Below are positions 6,072 through 14,765 of a stretch of 48,101 nucleotides of DNA, in pieces. Location: positions 1 through 48,101 of the IMG/VR virus record IMGVR_UViG_3300031949_000062. One strand, 5' to 3'. Origin of the DNA: a virus (lineage: Duplodnaviria > Caudoviricetes). Both the position numbers and the translations under genes were made by a program. Numbering within the stretch: the stretch's first letter is position 1; each line of letters begins with the position of its first letter. The notes beneath the pieces are model-generated. The model was given only the letters and a program-made list of their open reading frames with translations. It was not told where the DNA came from and did not search any database.

Positions 6072-6743
6072 ATGAGTAAATTACTGGCGCTAATTGTTGG
6101 CGCTTTATTATTGTTAGTACCGACAAATGTATTTGCGTCACAATTATCAGATATTGCTAGTGCAACATATAAGCTATATGAAAATGGAAATGCTGTTTGC
6201 TCTGGACAGTTTGTTATTTCAACTGATAAAGAAGATGTGTTTCTAACTGCTGCACATTGTATTGAAAGTAAAACTTCAGTGTATAGTGTTAGAAAACAAA
6301 TATTAAACGATCTTCGAGAAGTTGAATACGAAGAAATTATTTATCTTCAATTTGATAAAGTTTTAGCGGAACTTGATGTTGCTACTCTTAAAGTTAAACG
6401 CCCTGAATTAGTATCCTTTAATACTGTACAAGTTGCTTCTATTGAAGAAGGTAACAGCCTACTAGTTGGTGATGCTGTTATTGCTGTTGGTTATCCAGTA
6501 GGAGAAGATATTACTATTACAGAGGGACTTTATAGCGCGAAGAGAATGACTCCATTATCAAAATGGAAGGGACTGTTTAATCGGGCAACTGCACCAATTG
6601 CTGGTGGTTCTTCAGGTGGCGGTTTTTACGCAATGTTTGATGGTCAACTAAAGTTAGTTGGAACTTCTTCGGCTTCACGAACTGAGGTTAGCTTTGTTGC
6701 TATTTTTAGTTTAATTGAAAGTGTTCATAAAGTACTAGCTTAA
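6072..6743 (+). CDS. Secreted trypsin-like serine protease
   Basis: N-terminal signal peptide (..VFA-S); TAAHC, LDVATL and GGSSGG catalytic triad motifs. Confidence 0.88.
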   Translation: MSKLLALIVGALLLLVPTNVFASQLSDIASATYKLYENGNAVCSGQFVISTDKEDVFLTAAHCIESKTSVYSVRKQILNDLREVEYEEIIYLQFDKVLAELDVATLKVKRPELVSFNTVQVASIEEGNSLLVGDAVIAVGYPVGEDITITEGLYSAKRMTPLSKWKGLFNRATAPIAGGSSGGGFYAMFDGQLKLVGTSSASRTEVSFVAIFSLIESVHKVLA

Positions 6744-6751
6744 AATAGTTT

Positions 6752-6824
6752 GGGCTTAGTAATGGGGTTACGGTTTGCTCTTGCACAGCGAATGCGTTGG
6801 GTTCGATTCCCAATAGGTCCACCA
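6752..6824 (+). tRNA. tRNA-Ala(TGC), reduced D arm
   Basis: G3:U70 pair, loop CTTGCAC, A73, CCA. Confidence 0.85.
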
Positions 6825-6836
6825 ATTTCTTAAAGT

Positions 6837-6910
6837 ACTTCCTTAGTTTAATGGAAAAACCCCATTCTTACACATTGGAGACATTAGTTCGATTCTATTA
6901 GGAAGTACCA
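6837..6910 (+). tRNA. tRNA-Val(TAC)
   Basis: Loop CTTACAC, A73, CCA. Confidence 0.87.
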
Positions 6911-6930
6911 GTTTTAAGAAAAGAAGGTTT

Positions 6931-7119
6931 ATGGCTAGAGTTAGAGTTAAAATTAAAGTAATAGAGAAGAATTATTACGCTGAATTAAATAGCCATTGTC
7001 CGGCTGAGCAATTAGAGGGTATACTTCTTGAGAGTGAAAAAAATAGAGCTATACACCGTGCCCTTTCACATGTTGAATATGAAGTTTTAAAGTTTGAAGT
7101 TTTAGATGATAATGACTAA
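6931..7119 (+). CDS. Hypothetical protein
   Basis: 62-aa ORF with RBS; stop codon overlaps the tRNA-Cys 5' end. Confidence 0.6.
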   Translation: MARVRVKIKVIEKNYYAELNSHCPAEQLEGILLESEKNRAIHRALSHVEYEVLKFEVLDDND

Positions 7120-7187
7120 GTGGCAGAATGTTTATGCAGAGGATTGCAACCCCTTACAAACTGGTTAAATTCCAGTCTTAGTCTCCA
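7114..7187 (+). tRNA. tRNA-Cys(GCA)
   Basis: Loop TTGCAAC, U73, CCA. Confidence 0.87.
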
Positions 7188-7188
7188 C

Positions 7189-7277
7189 AGAAGATTAAAT
7201 AGCAGGGATGCTATACTGGTTTGCTAAACCAAGTGAACCTTCGCGGGTTTGTGGATCAATACCACAGTCTTCTGCCA
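7189..7277 (+). tRNA. tRNA-Ser(GCT), atypical D and T loops
   Basis: Loop TTGCTAA, long V arm, G73, CCA; T-loop ATCAATA. Confidence 0.8.
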
Positions 7278-7285
7278 AAATTAAA

Positions 7286-7377
7286 GGATTCCTTTCTGCT
7301 CGCTTGTCTGTAAAACAAGTGTCTTTGAAATAAGAGTAGTTGGGCGACGAGAGGTTCAAATCCTTGGGAATCCACCA
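7286..7377 (+). tRNA. Non-canonical tRNA-Tyr(GTA)-like RNA (rearranged arms)
   Basis: GGATTCC/GGAATCC-A-CCA, T arm with TTCAAAT, anticodon hairpin GCTTGT-CTGTAAA-ACAAGT enclosed by CTGCTC/GAGTAG. Confidence 0.7.
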
Positions 7378-7384
7378 ATTTAAA

Positions 7385-7475
7385 GGCCGTGGGTGTTGGA
7401 CACGAGAGAGACTTATAAACTCTTTAGCGCCGGATTAGCGTTCTAGACTTGGTTCGAAACCAAGCACGGCTACCA
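7385..7475 (+). tRNA. tRNA-Ile(TAT) with long variable arm and minimal D arm
   Basis: Loop CTTATAA, V arm AGCGC..GCGTT, A73, CCA. Confidence 0.78.
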
Positions 7476-7494
7476 TAATAAAAGGAAAATAGAA

Positions 7495-7677
7495 ATGGAT
7501 AAATGGTTTATTAGTTTCTTAAAAACTAGTGGTTTGAGTTTAACTTTTATTGTAATGTTGTTTTTTGTTTTACTTATATTAATTAACATAAATAGCGCTG
7601 TATCTATTGGTATTGGGCTCCTAGCGGTAGGTGTCTTTGTTGCTCTACTTGTATTAATAGAATACGCAAAGCAATGA
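7495..7677 (+). CDS. Small membrane protein (two TM)
   Basis: Hydrophobic 60 aa; AAGGA RBS. Confidence 0.65.
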   Translation: MDKWFISFLKTSGLSLTFIVMLFFVLLILININSAVSIGIGLLAVGVFVALLVLIEYAKQ

Positions 7678-7787
7678 AATTTTACCGTTGGTTTATAGAG
7701 TTAGAATGGTATTGGAAAATATATTTTAGTGGTGGCATATTATTCTTATTATATTTTTGGATTTTTGAAGTATTAGATATATTATAA
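7674..7787 (+). CDS. Putative 37-aa membrane microprotein
   Basis: ATGA overlap with the previous stop; MKFYRWFIELEWYWKIYFSGGILFLLYFWIFEVLDIL. Confidence 0.5.
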   Translation: MKFYRWFIELEWYWKIYFSGGILFLLYFWIFEVLDIL

Positions 7788-7790
7788 AAT

Positions 7791-7864
7791 TGGGGAATCG
7801 TCTAACGGTAGGACGAATGACTTTGAATCATTCTATTGAGGTTCGAATCCTTGTTCCCCAACCA
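7791..7864 (+). tRNA. tRNA-Gln(TTG)
   Basis: Cloverleaf, loop CTTTGAA, U1:A72, CCA. Confidence 0.92.
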
Positions 7865-7872
7865 AATTTAAA

Positions 7873-7947
7873 GCCTGATTAGCTTAATAGGAAAAGCACT
7901 GGTTTTGTACTCCAGCGAAAAGTGTTCGAATCATTTATCAGGCACCA
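7873..7947 (+). tRNA. tRNA-Thr(TGT)
   Basis: Loop TTTGTAC, CCA. Confidence 0.88.
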
Positions 7948-7970
7948 TTTAAAAAAAAAAAGGATTATTA

Positions 7971-8225
7971 ATGCGACAAAAGAAAATAGATGAAATGAAA
8001 GCGGATACTACTTCTATAGTAGCATCTAAACCAGTAATAAAAGAAGAAGTTGAAGAACAATATTTAAAAGTACGATATAAGGCTGGGTATTCTAATGGGA
8101 AGGATGTAGTCCTTGGATTGGTTGTAAATGTGTTTCCTGAATATTTAAGCAATAAAACCAAAGATTATATACGTGGCTTTAAAGACGCCCTTATTACCTA
8201 TATTGATGATAAGATAAAGAGTTAG
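7971..8225 (+). CDS. Hypothetical protein
   Basis: 84-aa ORF with AAGGA RBS. Confidence 0.65.
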   Translation: MRQKKIDEMKADTTSIVASKPVIKEEVEEQYLKVRYKAGYSNGKDVVLGLVVNVFPEYLSNKTKDYIRGFKDALITYIDDKIKS

Positions 8226-8300
8226 TAACAGTAGTTCTAATGGTAGAACGGTAGATTGAAGCTCTACGCGATGGTGGTTCGAATCCATCCTGTTGCACCA
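8225..8300 (+). tRNA. tRNA-Phe(GAA)
   Basis: Cloverleaf, loop TTGAAGC, CCA. Confidence 0.9.
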
Positions 8301-8333
8301 AATAGGTATGGGTTGGGAAGAATACGAAGGAGA

Positions 8334-8663
8334 ATGACGATTAAGATTCCAGATAAAATTAAAATTTTACATAAAGTCTATGATATTGTTGAAAGAACTA
8401 GTCTTACTGAACAATACCAAAAAGATAATTACGGGCAGCATGATGGTATTAATTTGCGTATAGAATATATGGCGCATACTCTTGGTTCTGAAACAGTTGA
8501 TACAATCCTTCACGAATTATTTCATGCAATTTATAAGTTATTTGGGCTTGATACTAAAAGCAGTGAAGAAGAAGTAGTTACGAGAATGGCTACAGGCCTC
8601 ACTACACTAATGAAGGACAATCCTGAATTTTTTAAGGTTCTATTAAAGAAGATAAACGAATAA
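8334..8663 (+). CDS. Small HExxH (zincin-like) metallopeptidase-domain protein
   Basis: TILHELFHAI plus downstream EEEVV; start at ATG 8334 after AAGGAG. Confidence 0.75.
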   Translation: MTIKIPDKIKILHKVYDIVERTSLTEQYQKDNYGQHDGINLRIEYMAHTLGSETVDTILHELFHAIYKLFGLDTKSSEEEVVTRMATGLTTLMKDNPEFFKVLLKKINE

Positions 8664-8690
8664 ATTCTTATAGTATACCCCAGTCTTAAT

Positions 8691-8723
8691 AACCCTCATT
8701 CGTAATTGAATGGGGGTTTTTTA
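8691..8723 (+). terminator. Intrinsic terminator closing the RNA island
   Basis: AACCCTCATTC-loop-GAATGGGGGTT followed by a T run. Confidence 0.8.
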
Positions 8724-8759
8724 TTGTAAAGTGGAAATAAATAGTGTATATATAGGGGT

Positions 8760-10679
8760 ATGGCAGATTTCATACCTAAAGATACATGGGAAAAGATTAT
8801 ACGTTATAATTTAACAGTTCGTATTCCTCATGGCTATAAAGTTGATCCTAATGATACCTCTCATTTCATACCGAATTGGGAGGTTATTCCTTACTTAGAA
8901 CAGGCTATGGATTTATTAGATGATGGGCAATCATTACGAACCGTAGCAGAATGGCTTTCTTCAAAACTGCCGAAATCTATTAGCCATCAAGGTATTAAAC
9001 TCATTCACCAAAAACATCGTGGTGGTGATAGAAATAATCCTAGAACTAAAGAGTTACGTGCAAGAAAACGCCGAGGTAGAGCGCCTTCAAAGTTAGAAAA
9101 AGCAAGGATTGATCTTGAACGTAAGATTAGATCAGCAAAGCGTTCAATTGAAGTTCAGAGTAAAAAACTTGATGGTCTTGAACCAAAAGCAGAACAAGTT
9201 AATGCTGATGCAGGAATACAAGTAGATTATGTAGAACCTGATCCTACTGATGGTCGTGAAGTTATTTTTGAACCTAATAAAGGCCCACAGTGCGATTTCC
9301 TAGCTGCATGGGAGCAAGAGGTTCTTTATGGTGGTGCTGCTGGTGGAGGTAAGTCTTATGCCATGTTAGCCGACCCAATGCGTTATTTTGATAATCCAGC
9401 ATTTAATGGTATTCTCTTTAGAAAAACAAACGATGAATTACGTGAACTAATTCAAAAATCACAAATCCTTTACACAAAAGCTTTTCCGGGGGCGAAATGG
9501 CAAGAACAAAAATCTAGATGGATATTTCCATCAGGTGCTCAAATGTGGCTTACCTATTTGGATAAGGATATTGACGTAGAGCGCTACCAAGGACAGGCGT
9601 TCACATGGGTAGGTTTTGACGAGCTAGGCCACTGGGCAACTCCATATGCATGGAACTACATGCGTTCTCGTCTTCGCTCTACTGATCCAACTATACCGCT
9701 TTCTCAACGTGCTACAGCTAACCCCGGTGGTCTAGGTGGTTGGTGGATTAAAAAGATGTTTATTGATCCTGCACCATTTAATTCAACATTTGATGCAACA
9801 GATATAGAAACAGGTGAGACGTTAGTATATCCAAAAACTCATGAGAAGGCGGATCAACCTTTATTTCAAAGAAAATTTATTCCTGCTAAGTTAAGTGATA
9901 ATCCATATCTAGCAGAGGATGGTCGATATGAAGCTTCACTTTTGTCATTACCAGAAGCAACTAGAAACCAATTACTGTATGGAGATTGGACTATTATTGA
10001 AGGGGCAGCTTTTTCTGAATTTAAACTTAATATCCATGTTATTAAACCGTTTGTAATTCCTGATAGTTGGAAAAAGTTTAGAAGTTGTGATTATGGTTAT
10101 AGTTCTTTTGCTGCTGTGCATTGGTTTGCTATTGACCCAGCATATGAAACTCTGATAGTATATAGAGAATTATATGTTAGTAAAAAAACTGGTAAACAAT
10201 TAGCTAATCTCATATTAGATGCAGAAGCAAATGAAAAAATACAATATGGAATACTTGATAGCTCGGTTTGGCATCAAAGAGGTAATACTGGCCCTTCTGT
10301 AGCAGAAGAAATGATTATGGAAGGTTGCAGATGGCGTCCTTCTGATCGTGGGCAAGGTTCAAGAACGGCTGGTAAAAATCGTCTTCATGAATTGTTAATG
10401 GTTAAAGAAGTTGGAATTCGTGATGATAATACTTCTATCATGAAGCCCGGCATATTAATTTTCGATACGTGTAGACAAATTATTGCTGATCTTCCGTCTT
10501 TACCATCACATCCAGATGGAAAAGAGGATATTGATGATCGTTTTCCGAATGATCACACGTATGATTCGATTAGATATGGAATTATGAGTCGGCCTCGTGC
10601 ATTTTCGCCTTTTGATTTTAGTGATAGCTACTATGGTAACAACACCTATAAACCTGCCGATAAGAAATTAGGATACTAA
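8760..10679 (+). CDS. terL: Terminase large subunit with ~160-aa N-terminal extra domain
   Basis: Walker A YGGAAGGGKS, Walker B VGFDE, ATANPGG, nuclease DYGY...DHTYDSIRY. Confidence 0.93.
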   Translation: MADFIPKDTWEKIIRYNLTVRIPHGYKVDPNDTSHFIPNWEVIPYLEQAMDLLDDGQSLRTVAEWLSSKLPKSISHQGIKLIHQKHRGGDRNNPRTKELRARKRRGRAPSKLEKARIDLERKIRSAKRSIEVQSKKLDGLEPKAEQVNADAGIQVDYVEPDPTDGREVIFEPNKGPQCDFLAAWEQEVLYGGAAGGGKSYAMLADPMRYFDNPAFNGILFRKTNDELRELIQKSQILYTKAFPGAKWQEQKSRWIFPSGAQMWLTYLDKDIDVERYQGQAFTWVGFDELGHWATPYAWNYMRSRLRSTDPTIPLSQRATANPGGLGGWWIKKMFIDPAPFNSTFDATDIETGETLVYPKTHEKADQPLFQRKFIPAKLSDNPYLAEDGRYEASLLSLPEATRNQLLYGDWTIIEGAAFSEFKLNIHVIKPFVIPDSWKKFRSCDYGYSSFAAVHWFAIDPAYETLIVYRELYVSKKTGKQLANLILDAEANEKIQYGILDSSVWHQRGNTGPSVAEEMIMEGCRWRPSDRGQGSRTAGKNRLHELLMVKEVGIRDDNTSIMKPGILIFDTCRQIIADLPSLPSHPDGKEDIDDRFPNDHTYDSIRYGIMSRPRAFSPFDFSDSYYGNNTYKPADKKLGY

Positions 10680-12791
10680 ATGGGATTTATTGAAGAACAA
10701 AAACAACCAGATCAAACTATTGAATCAAGTCAAGATAAAATTCTGGCTCTTGAAGAAGAAAAAAAGCCGGAAGATAATTTATTTAAACTTGATCCTATTA
10801 GTGAGTATGTTACTGAGCGCTATCATCGTTCTAGAACTAAACGCGAATCAGATGAACAGCGCTGGTTAGAAGCTTATAGAAATTATCGTGGCTTATATGG
10901 TCCTGATGTGCAATTCTCAGAAGAAGAAAAAAGTCGGTTCTTTATTAAAGTAACTAAAACTAAGGTTTTGGCTGCTTATGCTCAAATTATTGATGTATTA
11001 TTTGCCGGTGGGAAGTTTCCTATTGGGGTTGAAGCTACTCCTGTTCCAAATGGAGAGGTACCAGAAAATGTTTATTTTGATCCTAATGAAAAAGAATCTG
11101 AAAAACAAGGGCTAGGCTCTTCAACTATTGCTAGACGCGATTTTGGTCCTCTTACTAAGATGCTAGATCGCGTTAAAGATATGGTTAAAGAGGGTGTAGG
11201 AAAAACCCCAACTTCTGCAACATTTGAGCCTATTAAAATGGCTGCGAAGAAAATGGAAAAGAAGATTCATGATCAGCTTGAGGAATCTGATGCAGGAATG
11301 CATTTACGGTATCTCGCTTTTGAACTTTCTCTATTCGGTCATGGAGTGATAAAAGGTCCATTTGCTCAAGATAAAGAGTATCCTAAATGGACTGAAGATG
11401 GTACATACAGCCCTATAATCTTAACTATTCCAAAAGTTGCTGCTGTTAGTATTTGGAACTTCTATCCTGATGATGCTGCAAAGAATATGCAAGAAGCTGA
11501 ATGGGCAGTTGAACGCCATAAAATGAGCAAGTATCAATTACGATCATTAAAGAAGCGCCCTCATTTTAGAGCTTCGAGTATTGATCTAGCAATTGACTAT
11601 GGTGCAAACTATCTTCCTGAAACATGGGAAACTATTTTAGAAGATAATAGCAGTAGTGTAACGAATGAAAGCTATGAAGTATTAGAATATTGGGGAGTTA
11701 TTGACACAGAACTTCTTAAAGAAACTGAGCTTGATTTACCAGCAGAAGTTAAAGAGTATGAAGAATTTCAAATTAATGCTTGGGTATGTAATGGGCAACT
11801 TTTAAGATTAGTTTTAAATCCTTTTACTCCTAGTCATATTCCATATCATACAACTCCATATGAAATGAATCCTTATTCATTCTTTGGCATAGGTGTAGCT
11901 GAAAACATGGCTGATACGCAAATGCTTATGAATGGTACAATGCGTATGGCTATTGATAACTTAGCTTTATCTGGAAATATTATGGTTGAAATTGATGAAA
12001 CTAATTTAGTTCCCGGTCAAAGTATGGATATATTCCCCGGTAAAACATGGCGTAGACAAGGTGGTGCCCCCGGCCAATCAATATTTGGAATGAAGTTTCC
12101 TAATGTAACAAACGAACTTCTACAGATGTACGAAAAGGCTAGACAATTAACAGATGAATCAACTGGTATGCCTTCTTATGCTCACGGTGGAACAGGTGTT
12201 CAGAGTATGGGACGTACTGCTGCTGGTATGTCTATGCTTATGGGTGCTGCTAGTTTAAACATTAAGTCTGTTGTACGCAACATTGACGATTATATTCTAA
12301 TGCCTTTTGGTAAAGCGTTGTTTGCGTTTAATATGCAGTTTAACTTTGATAAAGAAATGATTGGTGATTTAGCTACTGTTGCGAGAGGAACCGAAAGCTT
12401 AATGAGGAATGAAGTACGTAGTCAAAAGCTGCTTCAATTCCTACAACTTACAAATAATCCAACAGATGCTCCGTTTACTAAAAGAGATTATCTATTACGT
12501 GAACTGGCAACATCGCTTGATCTTGAAGAAGACAAGGTTGTTAATGATCCTCGTGAAGCATTAATTCAAGCACAAGTAATAAAGCAAATGAATGATGCAA
12601 TGGGTATTGTGCCTCAAAATGCACAGCCCGGTACTCCACAAGGAACAAACATAAATGACCCAACGGGTAATGGTGGTGGGAATATAGCACCGGGAATGGC
12701 CCCTGAACCGGGAGCACAAGGTTATACAGGCAGTGGTGGTGGAGCTAATGGTGGCAATACCTCTACAAGAGCAGATAGCGCCAGTATATAA
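10680..12791 (+). CDS. Portal protein
   Basis: 703 aa directly after TerL; LEYWG, FFGIGVAE and TGMPSY motifs typical of podovirus portals. Confidence 0.88.
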   Translation: MGFIEEQKQPDQTIESSQDKILALEEEKKPEDNLFKLDPISEYVTERYHRSRTKRESDEQRWLEAYRNYRGLYGPDVQFSEEEKSRFFIKVTKTKVLAAYAQIIDVLFAGGKFPIGVEATPVPNGEVPENVYFDPNEKESEKQGLGSSTIARRDFGPLTKMLDRVKDMVKEGVGKTPTSATFEPIKMAAKKMEKKIHDQLEESDAGMHLRYLAFELSLFGHGVIKGPFAQDKEYPKWTEDGTYSPIILTIPKVAAVSIWNFYPDDAAKNMQEAEWAVERHKMSKYQLRSLKKRPHFRASSIDLAIDYGANYLPETWETILEDNSSSVTNESYEVLEYWGVIDTELLKETELDLPAEVKEYEEFQINAWVCNGQLLRLVLNPFTPSHIPYHTTPYEMNPYSFFGIGVAENMADTQMLMNGTMRMAIDNLALSGNIMVEIDETNLVPGQSMDIFPGKTWRRQGGAPGQSIFGMKFPNVTNELLQMYEKARQLTDESTGMPSYAHGGTGVQSMGRTAAGMSMLMGAASLNIKSVVRNIDDYILMPFGKALFAFNMQFNFDKEMIGDLATVARGTESLMRNEVRSQKLLQFLQLTNNPTDAPFTKRDYLLRELATSLDLEEDKVVNDPREALIQAQVIKQMNDAMGIVPQNAQPGTPQGTNINDPTGNGGGNIAPGMAPEPGAQGYTGSGGGANGGNTSTRADSASI

Positions 12792-12876
12792 AAGTAGGCA
12801 CTTAATAAAAAGGTTTTAACGGCTGCTACAAACAGTCCTTTATAGACAAATGTTAATAAACGAAAGGTATAAATAA

Positions 12877-13758
12877 ATGACAGAGAGAACAAAAACCGAA
12901 TTACAAAATCGTTTACGCTATGGTGATAGTTCATACGATAAAGTAAGAACACACTTAATACTTGACCTATTAGATAGTATTTTTATTACTTCTGATGTAA
13001 CAGCATCTGCTGCTGAATTAAATATTCTAGACGGTGCAACACTATCCGTAGCTGAATTAAATATTCTAGACGGTGCAACACTATCCGTAGCTGAATTAAA
13101 TATTCTAGACGGTGCAACACTATCCGTAGCCGAATTAAATATTCTAGACGGTGCAACACTATCCGTAGCTGAATTAAATATTCTTGATGGTGTAACTGCT
13201 ACAACAGCCGAACTAAATATTCTTGATGGTGCAACACTATCCGTAGCCGAATTAAATAAGCTTGATGATAGTGCATTAGTTATGACTAAAGGTTCAGGTG
13301 TTGCGGCTGCTGAGACTTATGCATCTGGTGTGTTTCTAAATGGAACTCTTATAATCACTCGCATCGTTGTTGATCTAACTGGTGAAGTTGGTTCTACAAC
13401 TGATCTAGATATTATTGGTGATACTACTGCTGCTAATGCCCATTTTGGTCAAGTAACAGCGGCCCTAAATGGAACTATTGTTGGTGGTAAAGTAACATGT
13501 CTTGAAGTTCCTGCTGGTGGTGTAACTGATATTGATTTCTATTCAGCTACTGTTGGCACAGGTACAGAAGATACCGCTGTTACTGATCTAACAGAAACTG
13601 TTCTAGTTACTTCAGGTGGTGTCTGGACTGCTGGTGCATCAAAAGGAATGACTGGTGTTCCTCCAGCTAATGATTATCTATATATCGCAAATGGTGCTGG
13701 CGGCGTACCTGGAACTTTTAGTGCTGGTAAGTTCTTAATTGAACTTTATGGAGTCTAA
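12877..13758 (+). CDS. Virion fiber/decoration protein with 13-aa repeats
   Basis: AELNILDGATLSV repeats and beta-rich C-terminal domain. Confidence 0.65.
   Translation: MTERTKTELQNRLRYGDSSYDKVRTHLILDLLDSIFITSDVTASAAELNILDGATLSVAELNILDGATLSVAELNILDGATLSVAELNILDGATLSVAELNILDGVTATTAELNILDGATLSVAELNKLDDSALVMTKGSGVAAAETYASGVFLNGTLIITRIVVDLTGEVGSTTDLDIIGDTTAANAHFGQVTAALNGTIVGGKVTCLEVPAGGVTDIDFYSATVGTGTEDTAVTDLTETVLVTSGGVWTAGASKGMTGVPPANDYLYIANGAGGVPGTFSAGKFLIELYGV
13012..13257 (+). repeat. 39-bp tandem coding repeat (~6.3 units)
   Basis: GCTGAATTAAATATTCTAGACGGTGCAACACTATCCGTA near-identical copies. Confidence 0.95.
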
Positions 13759-13774
13759 TAGCTAATAAACTTTT

Positions 13775-13805
13775 ATTGGGGTTGGCTTAACTAGTTGACC
13801 CCAAT
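13775..13805 (+). terminator. Intergenic hairpin (weak terminator or processing site)
   Basis: ATTGGGGTTGGCT/AGTTGACCCCAAT; weak U tail. Confidence 0.45.
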
Positions 13806-13825
13806 TATCTTAAAAAGGAAGTTAA

Positions 13826-14221
13826 ATGACAGATTCAAGAGGAATAAATCTTCCATCTGAATATCATAAAAATTCTATAATTATAGTTGATAGTAGTGGA
13901 AATGTTGCTGATGCAGCTGCTGTTGCGACACTAGATAGTGATGCAGGTAGACTAACTTATATAACGGGTTTTGATGTTTATGGTGCTGGTTCAACTACTG
14001 CTTTACCTGTCACTGTAACGGTATCAGGAATAAAGGGTGGAAGCTTGGTATATAATTATGTGTTTGAAGCTGGGGTTCTTGTAAGAAATACACCACTTGA
14101 AATCCGCTTTAAAAAGCCTATTCCTGCTAGTGCTGTTGATACAGATATTGTAGTTACTTGTTTAGCTGGTGGTGCTGGTAATACGCATAACACAGTTAAT
14201 GCATATGGATTTAAACTTTAA
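13826..14221 (+). CDS. Putative structural protein
   Basis: 131 aa, beta-rich, in the head module. Confidence 0.6.
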   Translation: MTDSRGINLPSEYHKNSIIIVDSSGNVADAAAVATLDSDAGRLTYITGFDVYGAGSTTALPVTVTVSGIKGGSLVYNYVFEAGVLVRNTPLEIRFKKPIPASAVDTDIVVTCLAGGAGNTHNTVNAYGFKL

Positions 14222-14243
14222 AACTATTTATGGAGAATAAAAT

Positions 14244-14522
14244 ATGAGATTAGAATTATTAAGTGCTATAACAGCCGATGCAACTGGAAGCACAATGTAT
14301 TTTAGAGGAGGCAAATGCTATTTTATCAGTAATTCAGGTGATTTTGGTGGTGGCACTGTAGCTCTTCAATATAATGCTTTTGGTAGCACATGGGTAACTA
14401 TGGCATCTGATACAGTAAGTTCTGTAGAGGCTTTAGATTTACCATCAGGTGATTACCGTGCTGTATTATCGGGGTCTACTACTCCTACTGCTCTAACAGC
14501 AATACTAACTAGTGCAAAATAA
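14244..14522 (+). CDS. Putative structural protein
   Basis: 92 aa, GGAG RBS. Confidence 0.6.
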   Translation: MRLELLSAITADATGSTMYFRGGKCYFISNSGDFGGGTVALQYNAFGSTWVTMASDTVSSVEALDLPSGDYRAVLSGSTTPTALTAILTSAK

Positions 14523-14765
14523 ATGATTGAAAAAAATCTAGCTCGTGATCTGGTTCCACTAGTTAATGGGCTGGATTATTTTGAATTACATAAATATGTT
14601 CAATATAGAATTGATCAATTACATAAAGAATCTGAAAATAGTGTTGATATTGTTGCTATATATCATATTCAGGGTGCGATTAGAGAACTTAGACGCTTTT
14701 TAAATTTAAAAGAAGAAGTACTAGCAGATAGTAGAGATACTAAAGCTAAAACTACAGGATATTAA
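14523..14765 (+). CDS. Small head-module protein
   Basis: IYHIQGAIRELRR, resembling the small gene that often follows podovirus portals. Confidence 0.6.
   Translation: MIEKNLARDLVPLVNGLDYFELHKYVQYRIDQLHKESENSVDIVAIYHIQGAIRELRRFLNLKEEVLADSRDTKAKTTGY

Noticed and set aside
8256-8333. N-terminal part of ORF 8256..8663
   Set aside because: It overlaps tRNA-Phe; the RBS supports ATG 8334
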